64,000 nt of DNA, taken from NCBI RefSeq assembly GCF_963921235.1, contig NC_086109.1, positions 34,474,001 to 34,538,000 of the forward strand, given 5' to 3'. This stretch comes from Mobula hypostoma (lineage: Eukaryota). The notes under the pieces are model-generated. The model worked only from the letters and a program-made list of their open reading frames with translations, made no database searches and was not told where the DNA came from. Both the position numbers and the translations under genes were made by a program. The stretch's first letter is position 1. Every line of letters starts with the position of its first letter. Positions 26,681 to 39,635 of this stretch are shown here, piece by piece.

Positions 26681-27189
26681 TAAATTTATTGGCATCTGTT
26701 CTACAGTTTCTTTCTGACTTCCAAATGTCATATATCAGTGTGGGAATCTGAAATGAGCTGAATCATGCACTGCAGCTAACTGGGCATTCTGTGTGAAACA
26801 GTAACTCATAGTCAGCACAATCTGGCCCCAAATGATTAAGTTTGGCAATTTTGAGAAAAGTGAGGGCCTTAAAGAATGTCCAATTTTGGAGCAGTCAGAC
26901 TGAACTATGGAAATCAAGAGAAACAATAAAAAACAAACTAGCAAAGGCTCTATTTCCTCATTTCACCAACAACAGGAGATTCCAGTTAAATGAAAGAACT
27001 TGGATAAGTGCAAGGAATATTAAGTATCTGATAGAAGTTTGAGAATTAACAAACAAAGTAATAAAACTGATAAAGGTATGTGAACAGATCTGGGAAAAGA
27101 AATAAATTGTAATTGTGAGACTGGTTTCTAATGACCAGAACTTCCAGCAACCTGTGTTCATTATTGGTTAGTGCCTTAGTCAGCATTTA

Positions 27190-28802
27190 CTGGTGCTAGA
27201 AAGTTTGTGAACCCTGTAGAATTTTCTCTGTTTCTGCATAAACATAACCTAAAATGAAACCAGACATTCACATAAGTCTAAAACTAGATAAAGAGAACCC
27301 AATTAAATAAATAACACAAAACATTATACTTGTTCATTTACTTATTGTGAAAAATTATCCAATATTGCATGCATTTGCTGGAAAACATATGTGAACCATT
27401 ACTTTCAGTAACTGGTGGAACCCTCTTATACAGCAATAATGTCAACCAAATGATTCCAGTAACTGTTGATCAGTCATACACATTGGCTTGGAGGAATTTT
27501 AGGCCATTCCTCCTTACAAACTGCTTCAATTTAGGGATGTTATTGGGCTTCCTTGCTTGAACTGCTTGCTTCAGGTCCTTCCACAACATTTCTATAGGGT
27601 TAAGGTCAGGACTTTGACTCAGCCATACCAAAACACAAATTTTCTTCTTTTTAAACTATTCTTTTGTTGATTTACTCTTGTCTCTCGGATCATTGTCTTG
27701 TTGCATTATCCAATTTCTATTAAGCTTCAGGTGATGGACTGCTACCCTGCCATTCTCCTGTAAAATGTCTTAATACAATTTTGAATTGATTGGTCCCTCA
27801 ACAATTGCAAACTGTCCAGGCCCTGAGGCAGCAAGGCAGCCTCAAACCATGATGCTCCTTCCACCATACCTCACAATTGTGATGAGGTTTTGGTATGGGT
27901 GTACAGTGGCCTTTTTCCTCTGAACATAGCAGTGTGCATTTCTGCCAAAAAGTTTTACTTTTGTCTCATCTGTCCATAAAATATTGTCCTAGAAGTGTTG
28001 TGGAACATCCAGGTTGTCTTTTGCAAACTGGAGATGTGTAGCAATTTTTTTTGGAACTGTGGTTTCCTCCATAGTGTCTTTCCATGAACACCATTCTTAT
28101 TCAGTGTTTTTCTTGTAGTGGACACATGAACAGAGACTTTAGCAAGTTTTGGAGATTTCTGCAGATGTTTTGTTGTTACCCTTGGATTCTTTTATACCTC
28201 TTTCAGCATTGCACATTGTCCTCTTGGTGTGATCTTTGCTGGATGCCCACTCCTACAGAAAGAAGCAACAGCACTGAATTTCCTTCATTTGTAGACAATT
28301 TCTCTTACTGTGGACTGATGAACACTCAGGTCTTTAGAAATGTTTTTGCAGCCTCTTTCAGCTTCATGCGTCCCTGCAGGTTTTCTTCTAAGGGCCTCTG
28401 GAAGTTGCTTTGTTCAAAGTATGGTGCAGATAAACAGAATTTTCTTCAGAAGAGCAGAGCTCTGCCCATAACCTCACTTTGTGCATCTTTTTAATAGGGC
28501 AGGGCACCACTACAACCCACACTTCCAATTTCATCGCATTGATTGAAACACCTGACTCCAAATAACTTTTGTAGAAGGCATTACCCTAGAGGTTCACATA
28601 CTTTTTCTAACAAATACATGTAATATTGGATCATTTTTCTCAACAAATAAATGAACAAGTATAACGTATTTTGTGTTTTTATTTAATTGAGTTCTCTTTA
28701 TTTAGTTTTAGGACCTTCATGAAAATCTGATCACATTCTAGGTCATATTTATGTGGAAATAGAGAAAATTCTACAGGGTTCACAAACTTTGTAGCACCAC
28801 TG
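27190..28802 (-). mobile_element. Tc1/mariner DNA transposon, degenerate, long TIRs
   Basis: ~200-bp TIRs (tggtgctagaaagtttgtgaaccctgtagaattttctc / gagaaaattctacagggttcacaaactttgtagcaccactg) with TA flanks. Minus-strand motifs WTDETKVKLFG, QQDNDP, SQSPDLNPIEN. Confidence 0.88.
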
Positions 28803-29576
28803 TAGTATGTCTGTTCCCCACAAAATGTTGGGCAGTTTATCAATGACAACGCTTTGCAGGTTTGTAGGGACCTTACTTAGGCCAATAGCATGTTAAAGTT
28901 GTCAAAATGTGTCAATGTGTCGTGAAATCAAAGAGGGAGCATGCAGCAATATTGGCAAGTGAATAAAAGAATGTCCCACGAGTGTTTTGCAAGAGCAAAA
29001 GGAAAACGTAGGAATGAATAGCACCAATTTGAACCATAAAGATAAACTGTGTGTGTAGCTGAAGGATGTTGGAAAGGTTCTTTATGACTTTTGGTGACTC
29101 ACTTTGCACGAGGGAGGGATGATACTGAAATTATAGTTAAGGCAAAAGAGTATTAAGTATTAGATAAACACTCACTTGGGTGTTTAAGACCAAGGGACTT
29201 GTTATCATTAATAATAGGTAAATTATCAAGCTCAAGTGAAGTGGATTCCCCAACTATTAAAATGAGCATGGAAGGAAATCCGGGAGCCTTGGATAATTCT
29301 TCAGTGAATGCAGTGGTGCTGAAGGACTAATGGCATACTGTTGTTAACAAAAGGATGCAGGAATCAATAAAAGAATTACTGGCAAGTTAGCTTGTCTTTG
29401 GCGTTAGGCATATTATCGGAATCCATTCCGAAGAACAGTATAAACGTTGAATTCAAAAGACACAGATTAATCAGGGGCAAATGTGAGGAAATCTGCAGAT
29501 GCTGGAATTTCAAGCACCACACATAAAAGTTGCTGGTGAATGCAGCAGGCCAGGCAGCATCTCTAGGAATAGGTAC

Positions 29577-29612
29577 AATTGACGTTTCGGGCCTAGACCC
29601 TTCGTCAGGACT
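29577..29612 (-). ncRNA. Second hammerhead copy with weakened stem I
   Basis: Minus strand reads agtc-CTGACGA-agggtctaggccc-GAAA-cGTC-aatt; core intact, 3' side of stem I mutated. Confidence 0.6.
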
Positions 29613-31536
29613 AACTGAAAGAAGAGATAGTAAGAGATTTGAAAGTGGGAGGGGGAGGGGGAGATCAGAAATGATAGGAGAAGACAGGAGGGGGAGGGAT
29701 GGAGTCAAGAGCTGGACAGGTGATTGGCAAAAGGGATATGAGAGGATCATGGGACAGGAGGCCCAGGGAGAAAGAAAAGGGGGAGGGGGGAAGCCCAGAG
29801 GATGGGCAAGGGGTATAGTGAGAGGGACAGAGGGAGAAAAAGGAGAGTGAGAAAAAGAATGTGTGTATATAAATAAATAAATAGCAGATGGGGTACGAGG
29901 GGGAAGTGGAGCATTAGCGGAAGTTTGAGAAGTCAATATTAATGCCATCGGGTTGGAGGCTATCCAGACGGAATATAAGGTGTTGTTCCTCCAACCTGAC
30001 TTTGGCTTCATCTTTACAGTAGAAAGAGGCCGTGAATAGACATATCAGAATGGGAATAGGATGTGGAATTAAAATGTGTGGCCACTGGGAGATCCTGCTT
30101 TCTCTGGCGGACAGAGCGTAGGTGTTCAGCAAGGCGGTCTCCCAGTCTGCGTCGGGTCTCGCCAATATATAAAAGGCCGCATTGGGAGCACCGGACGCGG
30201 TATATTACCCCAGTCGACTCACAGGTGAAGTGTTGCCTCACCTGGAAGGACTGTCTGGGGCCCTGAATGGTGGTAAGGGAGGAAGTGTAAGGGCATGTGT
30301 AGCACTTGTTCCGCTTGCAAGGATAAGTGCCAGGAGGGAGATCGGTGGGGAGGGATGGGGGGGGACGAATGGACAAGGGAGTTGTGTAGGGAGCGATCCC
30401 TGCGGAAGGTGGGGGGGGGGAGGGAAAGATGTGCTTAGTGGTGGGATCCCGTTGGAGGTGGTGGAAGTAACGGAGAATAATATGTTGGACCCGGAGGCTG
30501 GTGGGGTGGTAGATGAGGACAAGGGGAAACCCTATTCCTAGTGGGGTGGCGGGAGGATGTGCGTGAACTGGGGGAGATGCATTTGAGAGCAGAGTTGATG
30601 GTGGAGGAAGGGAGGCCCCTTTCTTTAAAAAAGGGCTTCTCCCTCATCCTGGAATGAAGCCTCATCCTGAGAGCAGATGCGGCAGAGATGGAGGAATTGC
30701 AAGAAGGGGATGGCATTTTTGCAAGAGACAGGGTGAGAAGAGGAATTGTCCAGATAGCTGTGAGAGTCAGTAGGCTTATAGTAGACATCAGTTGATAAGC
30801 TGTCTCCAGAGATAGAGACAGAAAGATCTAGAAAGGAGAGGGATGTGTCGGAAATGGACCAGTTAAACTTGAGGGCAAGGGGAAAGTTGGAGGCAAAGTT
30901 AATGAAGTGAACGAGCTCAGCATGCGTGCAGGAAGCAGCGCCAATGCAGTCGTCGATGTAGCGAAGGAAAAGTCGGGGAGAGATACCAGAATAGGTTTGA
31001 AACATAGATTGTTCCACAAAGCCAACAAAAAGGCAGGCATAGCTAGGACCCATACGGGTGCCCATGGCTACACCTTTAGTTTGGAGGAAGTGGGAGGAGC
31101 CAAAGGAGAAATTATTAAGAGTAAGGATTAATTCCGCTAGATGGAGCAGAGTGGTGATAGAGGGGAACTGGTTAGGTCTGGAATCCAAAAAGAAGCGGAG
31201 ATCTTTGAGACCTTCCTGATGGGGGATGGAAGTATTTAGGGACTGCCCCACCTCCCCCTCGTACCCCATCCGTTATTTATTTATTTATATACACATATTA
31301 TTTTTCTCTCTCTCCTTTTTCTCCCTCTCACTATACCCCTTGCCCATCCTCTGGGCTTCCCCCCTCCCCCTTTTCTTTCTCCCTAGGCCTCCTGTCCCAT
31401 GATCCTCTCATATCCCTTTTGCCAATCACCTGTCCAGCTCTTGGCTCCATCCCTCCCCCTCCTGTCTTCTCCTATCATTTCTGATCTCCCCCTCCCCCTC
31501 CCACTTTCAAATCTCTTATTAGCTCTTCTTTCAGTT

Positions 31537-31572
31537 AGTCCTGACGAAGGGTCTTGGCCCGAAACGTCGACT
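31537..31572 (+). ncRNA. Minimal type I hammerhead ribozyme motif (Penelope pLTR)
   Basis: agtc-CTGACGA-agggtcttggccc-GAAA-c-GTC-gact: stem I agtc/gact, CUGANGA core, stem II ggg..ccc, GAAA, palindromic ACGT stem III, GUC cleavage triplet. Confidence 0.75.
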
Positions 31573-34500
31573 GTACCTCTTCCTAGAGATGCTGCCTGGC
31601 CTGCTGCGTTCACCAGCAACTTTTATGTGAGATTAATTAAGGGCAATCATTATGGATTGTTGTGAACTTGATTGAATTCTTTGATCTGATGGTGAGAAGC
31701 ACGGGAGAAAACTATGCATGTACCAAGGCTTTTGAGAAGGTCCTACCTGGAATAATATGCCGTAGAACCCAAGGGAAGGAGGTATATTTGAACCAAATTT
31801 AGCCCAGTAACAGGAAGTAACAAGTAATTGTTGATGGGTGTTTCAGTGATTGGAGGGAAGTTATATTTATGACTGGGTTTGCACAGGGCTCAGTAGCTGG
31901 TTTTTCTTTTAAAATAAATATTGTCATGATTAGGACTTAAAAGTAGCAGGCATGATGATAAAAATTCTAGTTAATGCAAAAACCAGTGCCATCTTTGACA
32001 ATAAGGACAAAAGCAGTGGACTCCAAGGAGATGTTGACGATCTGATTGGCTGGGCAGAAGAGTAACATATAGAGTTTAATAAAGCAATGTGTGACGTAGT
32101 TTATTTTGGGAGGTTCAGCAAGGCAACAGAACATCCAGTGGATGGAAGAGTATTGAATGGTGTGAAGGAACTGAGGAATCTCGGAGTATTTGCACATAGA
32201 TCCTCAGTGATAGCAAAAGTAATCAGTGAGGTTGGTAAAATGGCATGTATTGTGCTGTTCTTTATTAGATGACATCACAGGTGGATAGGGTTGTAAAGGG
32301 AGGTCTTGGCACATAAATCAGGGCATTAAGTACAGGAATTGGGATATTATGTTGAAGATGTACTGTATAAGATGTTTTTGATGTGAAATTGAGAGTATTG
32401 TGTGTGGTTCTGGTCACCTACCTACAGGAAAGATATCAATAAGCTTGAAGGAGTGCAGAGAAAATTTACAACGATGTTGCCGGGAGTTGAGGATCTGAGT
32501 CATAGAGGAAGGTTGAATAGGTTAGAACTTTATTCACTGGAGTGGAGGAGAATGAGGGGATATCAAAATTAATAGAGAGGGAGAATGTATGCAAGCTGTT
32601 TCCTTTCATGTTGGCTGAGACTAAAACCAGAGGTCATGCGTTTAGGGTGAAAGGTGAAATATTTATGATGAGTCTGGGGGAGAGCTTTTTCTCTCAGAGG
32701 GAGGTGCAGATGTGGAAAGAACTGCCAGCAGTTATGTTCGATGAGGTTCAATTGGAACAATTTGAGAGAAGTTTGGAATAGGTACATAGATGAGAGGGGT
32801 ATGGAGGGATATGGTCTGGGCATGATGGAATGAGGCAAAAGATCAGATCAGCATGAAATAGATGGCCAAAGGACCTCTTTCTGTGCTGTGGTACTGTATC
32901 ATTCAATGTCTGTGAGGACTAGAATATAACAACAGCATTTGGTTCTAGAATTGTACACAACACTATCTAGGCTACAGATTAAATACCCCACCCAAGTTTT
33001 GGTACACAATATAGGAATGATGTGTTTGAACTGGAGAGAGTGTAAAGAGGTTTTGTGGTGCTACAAGAAAGAGATTGCAGAATTTTGGGGGACCACAAGA
33101 TGCTGGAGGAACTCAGTGGGCTAGGCAGCAAGTATGGAGGGAAATGAAGTCAAGGTTTTGGGTCAAGACGCTTTCTGGTTTTGGAAAACTGTAGGAAAGG
33201 TTGGGTTGCTTTGGAAAGGAGGCAGAGAAATATTTTAAAATGATGAGAAGACTAGATAGAGAAAATAGTAAAGTCCAGTTCTCCCAGCAGAGGATTAAAA
33301 AACAAAGGGCCGTAGATTTAGAATGGTTTATTAGATTAGAAGGGAGATGCGGGGTAGAAAAAACAACCAGGTGTGGCTGCATTTGGAACTCACTACCGGA
33401 AAGGATGGAAGAAGTTGTATAAACACATTTAAACGCTCCAAAGATATGTAACTGAAGAATTCTAATCTCCACACTACAGACTAAATGATGGAAGGTGGGA
33501 TTAGGCCGGGATCTCTTTTGCGAGTGTCACAATCATAGCCAGTACTGTTAATTTTCTCTGGTTCTATGATTTGCCACTGATTTTAAGGTTTTGTCCATGA
33601 GCTTCTGAATACTTACCTCCATTGTCTTCACAATAGACATTATGACTTGAGATAATAATTGCCTCACACTTGTTCCATGAGTGTTGCAGATGAGGCCAGA
33701 AGCTTGTGCAGAGTGAACACCCACTGATAGCCAATACCTCCATTCAGGCATCTCTTGTGCTCTGTTGTTGAACTTGATGTTCCAGTTAATCTCCTTCCAT
33801 AACCATGCACAACAAAGGAACTTCCCCACTATACTATTAAATGCCATGTTTATTGTCATATGCACAAATATGGTGAGATGCAGTTCTAATGGAAAACTTG
33901 CTTGTCAGATTTGAGTTAGTTACTGGATGATTTCTGCTAGTTGTTGCTACAATTCTACAAGTATTTGGTGCACCCAACTATTGCTGTACTATTAGGTACT
34001 TCTTCTGAAATGCAGTCAACACTGGAAAAATAAGCAGAGGGAACACACACCAGGGTACTTTGATGTAAGAATGAGAGAGGGAAGAAAAGTTCCTATGATG
34101 CAGCCAAATTGGCACAGGAATGTAATGAAGGAAATTCTCCAAACAAACATCAGTGAGGAAGAGTATGGGAGATGTTTCATTAAGGATGTTATGATTGGAA
34201 ACTGTGATCTACTGCATCCACAGCTCCAAAATCAGAAGAGGACATGGATTGCTAATTCAGTAGCGAGCAAGGTGCATTAGAGCGCATGCACATTTCATTC
34301 TTTGACATCTTATGCTTCACTCTCCACTTTTGGATAAGGAAGGTTATTGATGCTCTCTGTGGAAGAATAACTCTGTTATTCTCAGTGTGAGGAACTGACG
34401 TTGTTTTGATGACCAATCTTGCCACGTTTTATCATTCGCCAACATTAAGTTCAAACTCAACTGATGTTACCATTACCTCTGCTGCACTGTGGCCATAGTC

Positions 34501-35071
34501 AGTGAACCCAAGGATCTTTAAACAGATTAGTGTTGCTTTCATTCATTAGGGTTCTACTGTCCCATTTTATTTAAAACTACAGGATAGCATTTATAGTACC
34601 TGCTGACATAATGACTTCCGATGCCCATGTGCACCTTGTTCACTATTGAGCAGCACACCTGTAATGATCATCATTCTGACGTTAGAATTGTAATACAGTT
34701 GGAATTCTGAATCAAACCATGCAATGCTCCAATTAATCAATATTGTGCGGTACCTGCCTTTGTCTCTCATACTATTCTTGGGAACTGCTATCTACAAGTA
34801 AAGCATGTCTGAAGGAAGACATGACTTTTCATGGGTGATCTTGCAGATACGCCTTCATACTAGGCAGAAAGTGGTTCGGCACAGCCAAGAAGGGCCAAAG
34901 GGCCTGTTTCTGTGCTGTAGTTTTTCTGTGGTTTCTATGGCTTCTAATATTTATTGTACTGATTGAATAAAGTACTTATTTACTGAGCAGGCTAGGGAAT
35001 CTAGTCTTGCTTTTCTGTGTGCATTCAAGAATTCAATATCACTGATCTTTCTGTTTTACTTTCTGTTCCAG

Positions 35072-35216
35072 GTGGTCAGCTTGGCTAGACATCTGATTTA
35101 TTTTGGTTTCTACAGCTTTGCCGAGCTCTTGAGGCTAACCAGGACAATCCTCAGTATAATAGATTGTATACACAATCCCAGTGATCCAGACATGATGTAT
35201 CAGGAAGAGAGCTCTG
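35072..35216 (+). CDS. ITPR3: ITPR3-like coding exon 4 in window (145 nt, phase 0-1); absent from ORF track
   Basis: ttccag acceptor and gtaggc donor. Hand translation: [48 protein letters not shown]. Confidence 0.92.
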
Positions 35217-35899
35217 GTAGGCATTTCAAGTGAATAGTTTGGTTCACCAGTTATTTATTTTTGATGTGCTGCCTTTCCCATCAGGCTGGAGGTAAAAACT
35301 ACAAATTCACTATTTGCATCATGAATGCACCCTACTGGAAATTTTACATTCCTGGCCCCAAGACCAACCTTCCCTGGTTTTGGGCTCAAGAACAGCATGG
35401 CTATTTATATTGTTCTGCATTTAACATTCCTGATAAATCTGTTCTCCTCATCCATTGTTAATTCAGGAATGTAGCAGATTTATGCGGCATCAAATATTGA
35501 CCTACATCTTTGAGTGAACTTCCCACCTGTTTCTAGAGGGGAATTTTTCACCTACCTCAGGACCTCAGTCAGAATGGTGACAGGAATATCAACAGTAGAT
35601 AGTGGGAAAATATTATCATATTGGATTTTGAAAAACTGAAAGGAGAATTGGTGTATGTAACATGAAAATAACTTGCACCCTCAACTTGTAATACCTTGGT
35701 CTTACAGTCTACTTAGAATTACAGAGTTAGGTATTAATATTTCTTAGTATTTAAATATCCACTCATCTAGTTTGGAAATAAGAGAACAGTCCTTCACACG
35801 GCTGAAGATTGAAACAAACCTCTGTTTTACTGTTCATTTTGCATTATATCTATACAAAATTATGCAAGTATACCTGTATATCCTGTGCCACTAAGGGAA

Positions 35900-38040
35900 A
35901 AAAATCTTGTGAAGTAATCCCGCTTGTAAGAAGAAAGAAGAATACGTAAGGTTTTAGGAAGCAAGTTTCAGTCGCATCTCTTGAGAGCTTTGAGGCAGCC
36001 AGGAAGAAACTTAAGAAGGGACTTAGAAAAGCTAGAAGGGTACATAAGAAATCCTTGGTGTGTAGAACTTAGGAAAACCCCAAGGCATTCTACATGTACC
36101 ATACGTGAAAAACAGGAGAACAGGAGTGAGGATAGGATTGATCAGGGATAAAAGAGGAAACGTGCCTGGAATTGCAGGAGTGGAGAAGTTTGTACTGAAT
36201 ACATTGCTTCAGTGTTCACCAGTGCGAGGGACCTTAACAAATGTGAGAACATTGTAGAAGAGGGCAACATGTCAACTTTAAGAACTTTGGTAGAACATTA
36301 GGATAGATGAGTCCCCGGAGCTGGAAGAGACACATGACAGGCTGCTATAAAAAGTGAAGGAAGAGATTGGTGCACCATTGGCGATGATCTTTTTTTGTCA
36401 TCGCCGACCACAAGAATAGTACAAGATTATTAGAGGACAGCGAAAGATAATTGGAGGGGGCCAACGTTAGTCCTTTGTTCAAGAAACATAATAATCCTCG
36501 GAATTATAGACCAGTGAGTCTTGCGTCAGTGTGGGAAAAACTACGAGAGGATTCTTTGAGACATGATTTATGAGCATTTGGAGAAGCATAGTCTAATTAG
36601 AGATAATCTGCATGGCTTTGTGAGAGGCCGGTCATGTCTTACAAGCATGATTGAATTCTTTGAAAAGTGACAAATCAAATTGATGAAGATAGAGCAGAGG
36701 ATGTGGTGTATACATATTTAGGTAAGGTACTGGACAAGCTTCTCTCTGGTAGGCTTGTTCAGAAAGTCAGGAGGCATGGGATCCAGTGAAACTTGGCTGT
36801 GTGGATTTGGAATTGACGTCCACAGACACAGACAGAGAGTGTAGTAGATGGAGAATATCTACCTGGAGTCGGGATCACTTCTGTGACCGCTACTCTTTTT
36901 GATTATAAGTGATTAAGTCAATGAAGAAGTGGAAAGGTGGGTTAGTGATTTTGCAGATGTCACGAAGACTGCGTGTAATGCAGGAAGTTGTCTTAGATTA
37001 CACCAGGACATTGATAGAATGCAGAGCTAGTCTGAGAAGAGGCAGATAGAGTTCATTCTGGAAAAGTGTGAAATGATTCACTTTGGAAGATTGAGCTTGA
37101 AGTCAGAGTACAGAGTGAATGGCAGAATTCTTAGCAATGTGGAGGAGCAGAGTGAGCTTGAGATTCTCATCCATAGATCCCTCAAAGTTGTTGCACTAGC
37201 TGATGTGGTAGTTAAGAAGGTGTATGGTGTGTTGGCCTTCATTAGTTGGGGGATTGAGTTCAACAGCTATGAGGCAATGTTGTATCGTTATAAAACCCTG
37301 GTTGGAACACACTCGATAGTATTGTCACAAACAAGAGAAAATCTGCAGGTGCTGGAAATCAAAGCAACACGCACAAAATGCTGGAGGAACTCAGCAGGCC
37401 AGGCAGCATCTATGGAAAAAATACAGTTGACGTTTCCGGCCGAGATCTGCTGAAGGGATCTTGCCCCGAACGTCAGCTGTAGTTTTTCCATAGATGCTGT
37501 CTGGCCTGCTGAGTTCCTCCAGCATTTCGTGTGTGTTGCTCAGAATGTTAATGTTCAGTTTTGGTCACCTTAATGGAGGAAGGACACGGAATCTTTTGAG
37601 AGGATGATGAGGAGATTTACCAGGATGCCGCCTGGTTTAGAGAGTGTGTGTCATGAGGTAAGGTTGAGGTAAGCACGGGCTTTCTCTTTGCTGTGGAAGA
37701 CGATAAGAGGCAAATTATTAGCTATGTATAAGATGATGAGGCACAGATGGAGTGCCCTTTTCCAGGTCAGAAATGGCTAGTATGAAAGGACATAATTTTA
37801 AGATGATTGGAGGAAAGTATAGGGGGAATATCAGTGGTACTGTTTTTACAGACAAAATGGTGAGCATGTGGGGAGATGGTAAAGGCAGATAAATTAGGGA
37901 TATTTAAGAAACTCTTTGATAGGCACATGGACGAGAAAAAAATGAAGGGTTATGTTGGAGGGAACTGTGAGAATAGGTTAAAAGATCGGTACAACATTAT
38001 GGGCCGAAGTGCTTGTACCTTTTCTACATTCTACGAATGT
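35900..38040 (+). mobile_element. Degenerate CR1 LINE ORF2 and 3' end with hairpin insertion at ~37327-37540
   Basis: aattatagaccagtgagtctt (NYRPVSL), catggctttg (HGF), MIHFGR...; nested inverted-arm element cacaaaatgctggaggaactcagc / gctgagttcctccagcatttcgtg. Confidence 0.78.
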
Positions 38041-38922
38041 CATTTACAATTTAAATCTAAATCTATTAAACTTAACCATAGTTATATGTAACTACTTTCA
38101 TAAATACTGGATGTTTATTGAAAGATCAATTTTCAGGGGATAAGGAATAACAATAAAGTGAGTTCCTGAACAAAATAATCAGCACTGTACTAGTTTAGTG
38201 TTGACCTAAATCTTCACTATTAATCATGAATGCATTAATATGCTTTAGTAAACCCTTGCTCCTTTTTAAACCTATTTCTATTAAACAGATCAATATTTGT
38301 ATCAGCCTAGCAGAACATCAGGCAAATATTTTGCCACAAATATTAAATGCATGATTTCAGCTAACAACTATAAAATTTGGATGGTTTGTTATAGCATTCT
38401 CACTTATATATATAAAATTTTTAAAAATCTTTGCTTTCAAGTGTATTGTACCACACTAACAGGCTCATGCAACTTATCTGCACTTTCTGCAGATATAATT
38501 GTCAATAGTGAATTAATCTCTTTGAAAACCAAAATAACTTTTTATTCTATAATAGCAGGATACCAAACCTAAGTGAGAGTGAGAACTCAATGCTGACATA
38601 ACATGAAAGGTTTCCTTAACTCTTGAACTGATGATTATTTTAAAGATGTTCAAAATCCTTCCACTGTTGAAATTTGATTCAGACCCACCAGAAGTGGTCA
38701 ACTTTTTTTTACAAAGTAACTGATAACTTTACAGCTTCACTAATTCTCGGTATTTTTTAAAGAAAAGAATAGCTTTTCAGCTGAGGTGTGAGAAAGAAAT
38801 GTAAAAGAATTATGTTATTACTATTCAAAAAATATTGGACATTTATAGATTTAACATGCAGCAGGTACTGTTTATGATTATTTTGTTACCCATTTCTGCC
38901 TCTTTCCCCATTTTTATTTTAG

Positions 38923-39119
38923 GAAAAAGTATGAAGAAGTCCATCCATGGAGTTGGACACATTGTATCCACTATGGTACTGTATAGAAAACAGTCTCTCT
39001 TTAATCCTGTTCCAACTCCCAGTCCCAGAACAGAGCCACCGATAAAGTCAAAGGATATTCCTGACAGTAAAAACATCACTGTTATGGATACAAAACTGAA
39101 AATTCTGGAGATTTTACAG
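38923..39119 (+). CDS. ITPR3: ITPR3-like coding exon 5 in window (197 nt, phase 1-0)
   Basis: attttag acceptor and gtatga donor. Encodes GKSMKKSIHGVGHIVSTMVLYRKQSLF...VMDTKLKILEILQ. Confidence 0.92.
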
Positions 39120-39502
39120 GTATGAAAGACCATTGTTCCTATATTGATTAAAAAAAAAAATCCATGGTCTTAAACCTAAAGGATTTGAGTAGAGTATATC
39201 CTACTTCAGGCCAATAGAAAAGGAAATTGTAACTCTTCTGAGAATATATCACGAGCAGCAAGTTCCCATGTTCTATATGTAGTATGTAGGAATTATTCTT
39301 GTTTTGAAATTTTCAGCCATTAAACTCATTGAGTTGGAGAATTATTAGTGCAGGATTTTCAGTAATTTGAGACATTACACAAGAAGCAAAACCCAAACTA
39401 ATCAAGACAGAAAGCAAATGCTTTCTCACCTTCTTCCTACCATTTTTTTTCTCCCGAACAAAGAAGGGTTCTCTGAATTAATTTAATCTCTTTACCTTCC
39501 AG

Positions 39503-39635
39503 TTCATCCTTAATGTCAGGTTAGACTTCCGAATTTCATACCTGCTCTCGGTATTTAAAAAGGAATTTGATGACAGCGAAAGTGCCTCCGAGAACACATC
39601 TGATAGTCCTACCAACCCATTCCTGGAATCTACAG
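39503..39635 (+). CDS. ITPR3: ITPR3-like coding exon 6 in window (133 nt, phase 0-1); absent from ORF track
   Basis: ttccag acceptor and gtaact donor. Hand translation: [44 protein letters not shown]. Confidence 0.92.

Larger units (their letters stand above)
29481..31629 (-). mobile_element. Penelope-like element (RT + GIY-YIG), 5'-truncated, with inverted pseudo-LTR
   Basis: RT GVAMGTRMGPSYACLF...RYIDD (30625-31243); GIY-YIG VIYRVRCSQCGLLYIGETRRRL (30014-30376); stop at 29914-29916. Inverted repeat 29520-29913 / 31244-31629. 17-bp TSD agattaat(c/t)a(g/a)gggcaa at 29464-29480 and 31630-31646. Confidence 0.92.
28950..33500 (+). mobile_element. Old CR1 fragments hosting the Penelope insertion and a younger CR1 3' end (~32275-32910)
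   Basis: Degenerate CR1 RT-like sequence continues on both sides of the Penelope TSD; ORFs 32087-32272 and 32542-32781 are CR1-like. Boundaries approximate. Confidence 0.6.

Noticed and set aside
29376..30011. 211-aa ORF and the recurring MLVNAAGQAAS / DAAWPAAFTSNF peptides
   Set aside because: Chance translations of the Penelope pseudo-LTR and hairpin arms; they recur because the repeat recurs.
35285..35291. Candidate 7-nt micro-exon (catcag GCTGGAG gtaaaa)
   Set aside because: Would shift the reading frame, and the flanking exons already join in phase.
2365..37540. Apparent preference of Penelope/hairpin insertions for CR1 copies
   Set aside because: CR1 covers a large share of the window and the TSD sequences share no obvious motif, so chance is sufficient.
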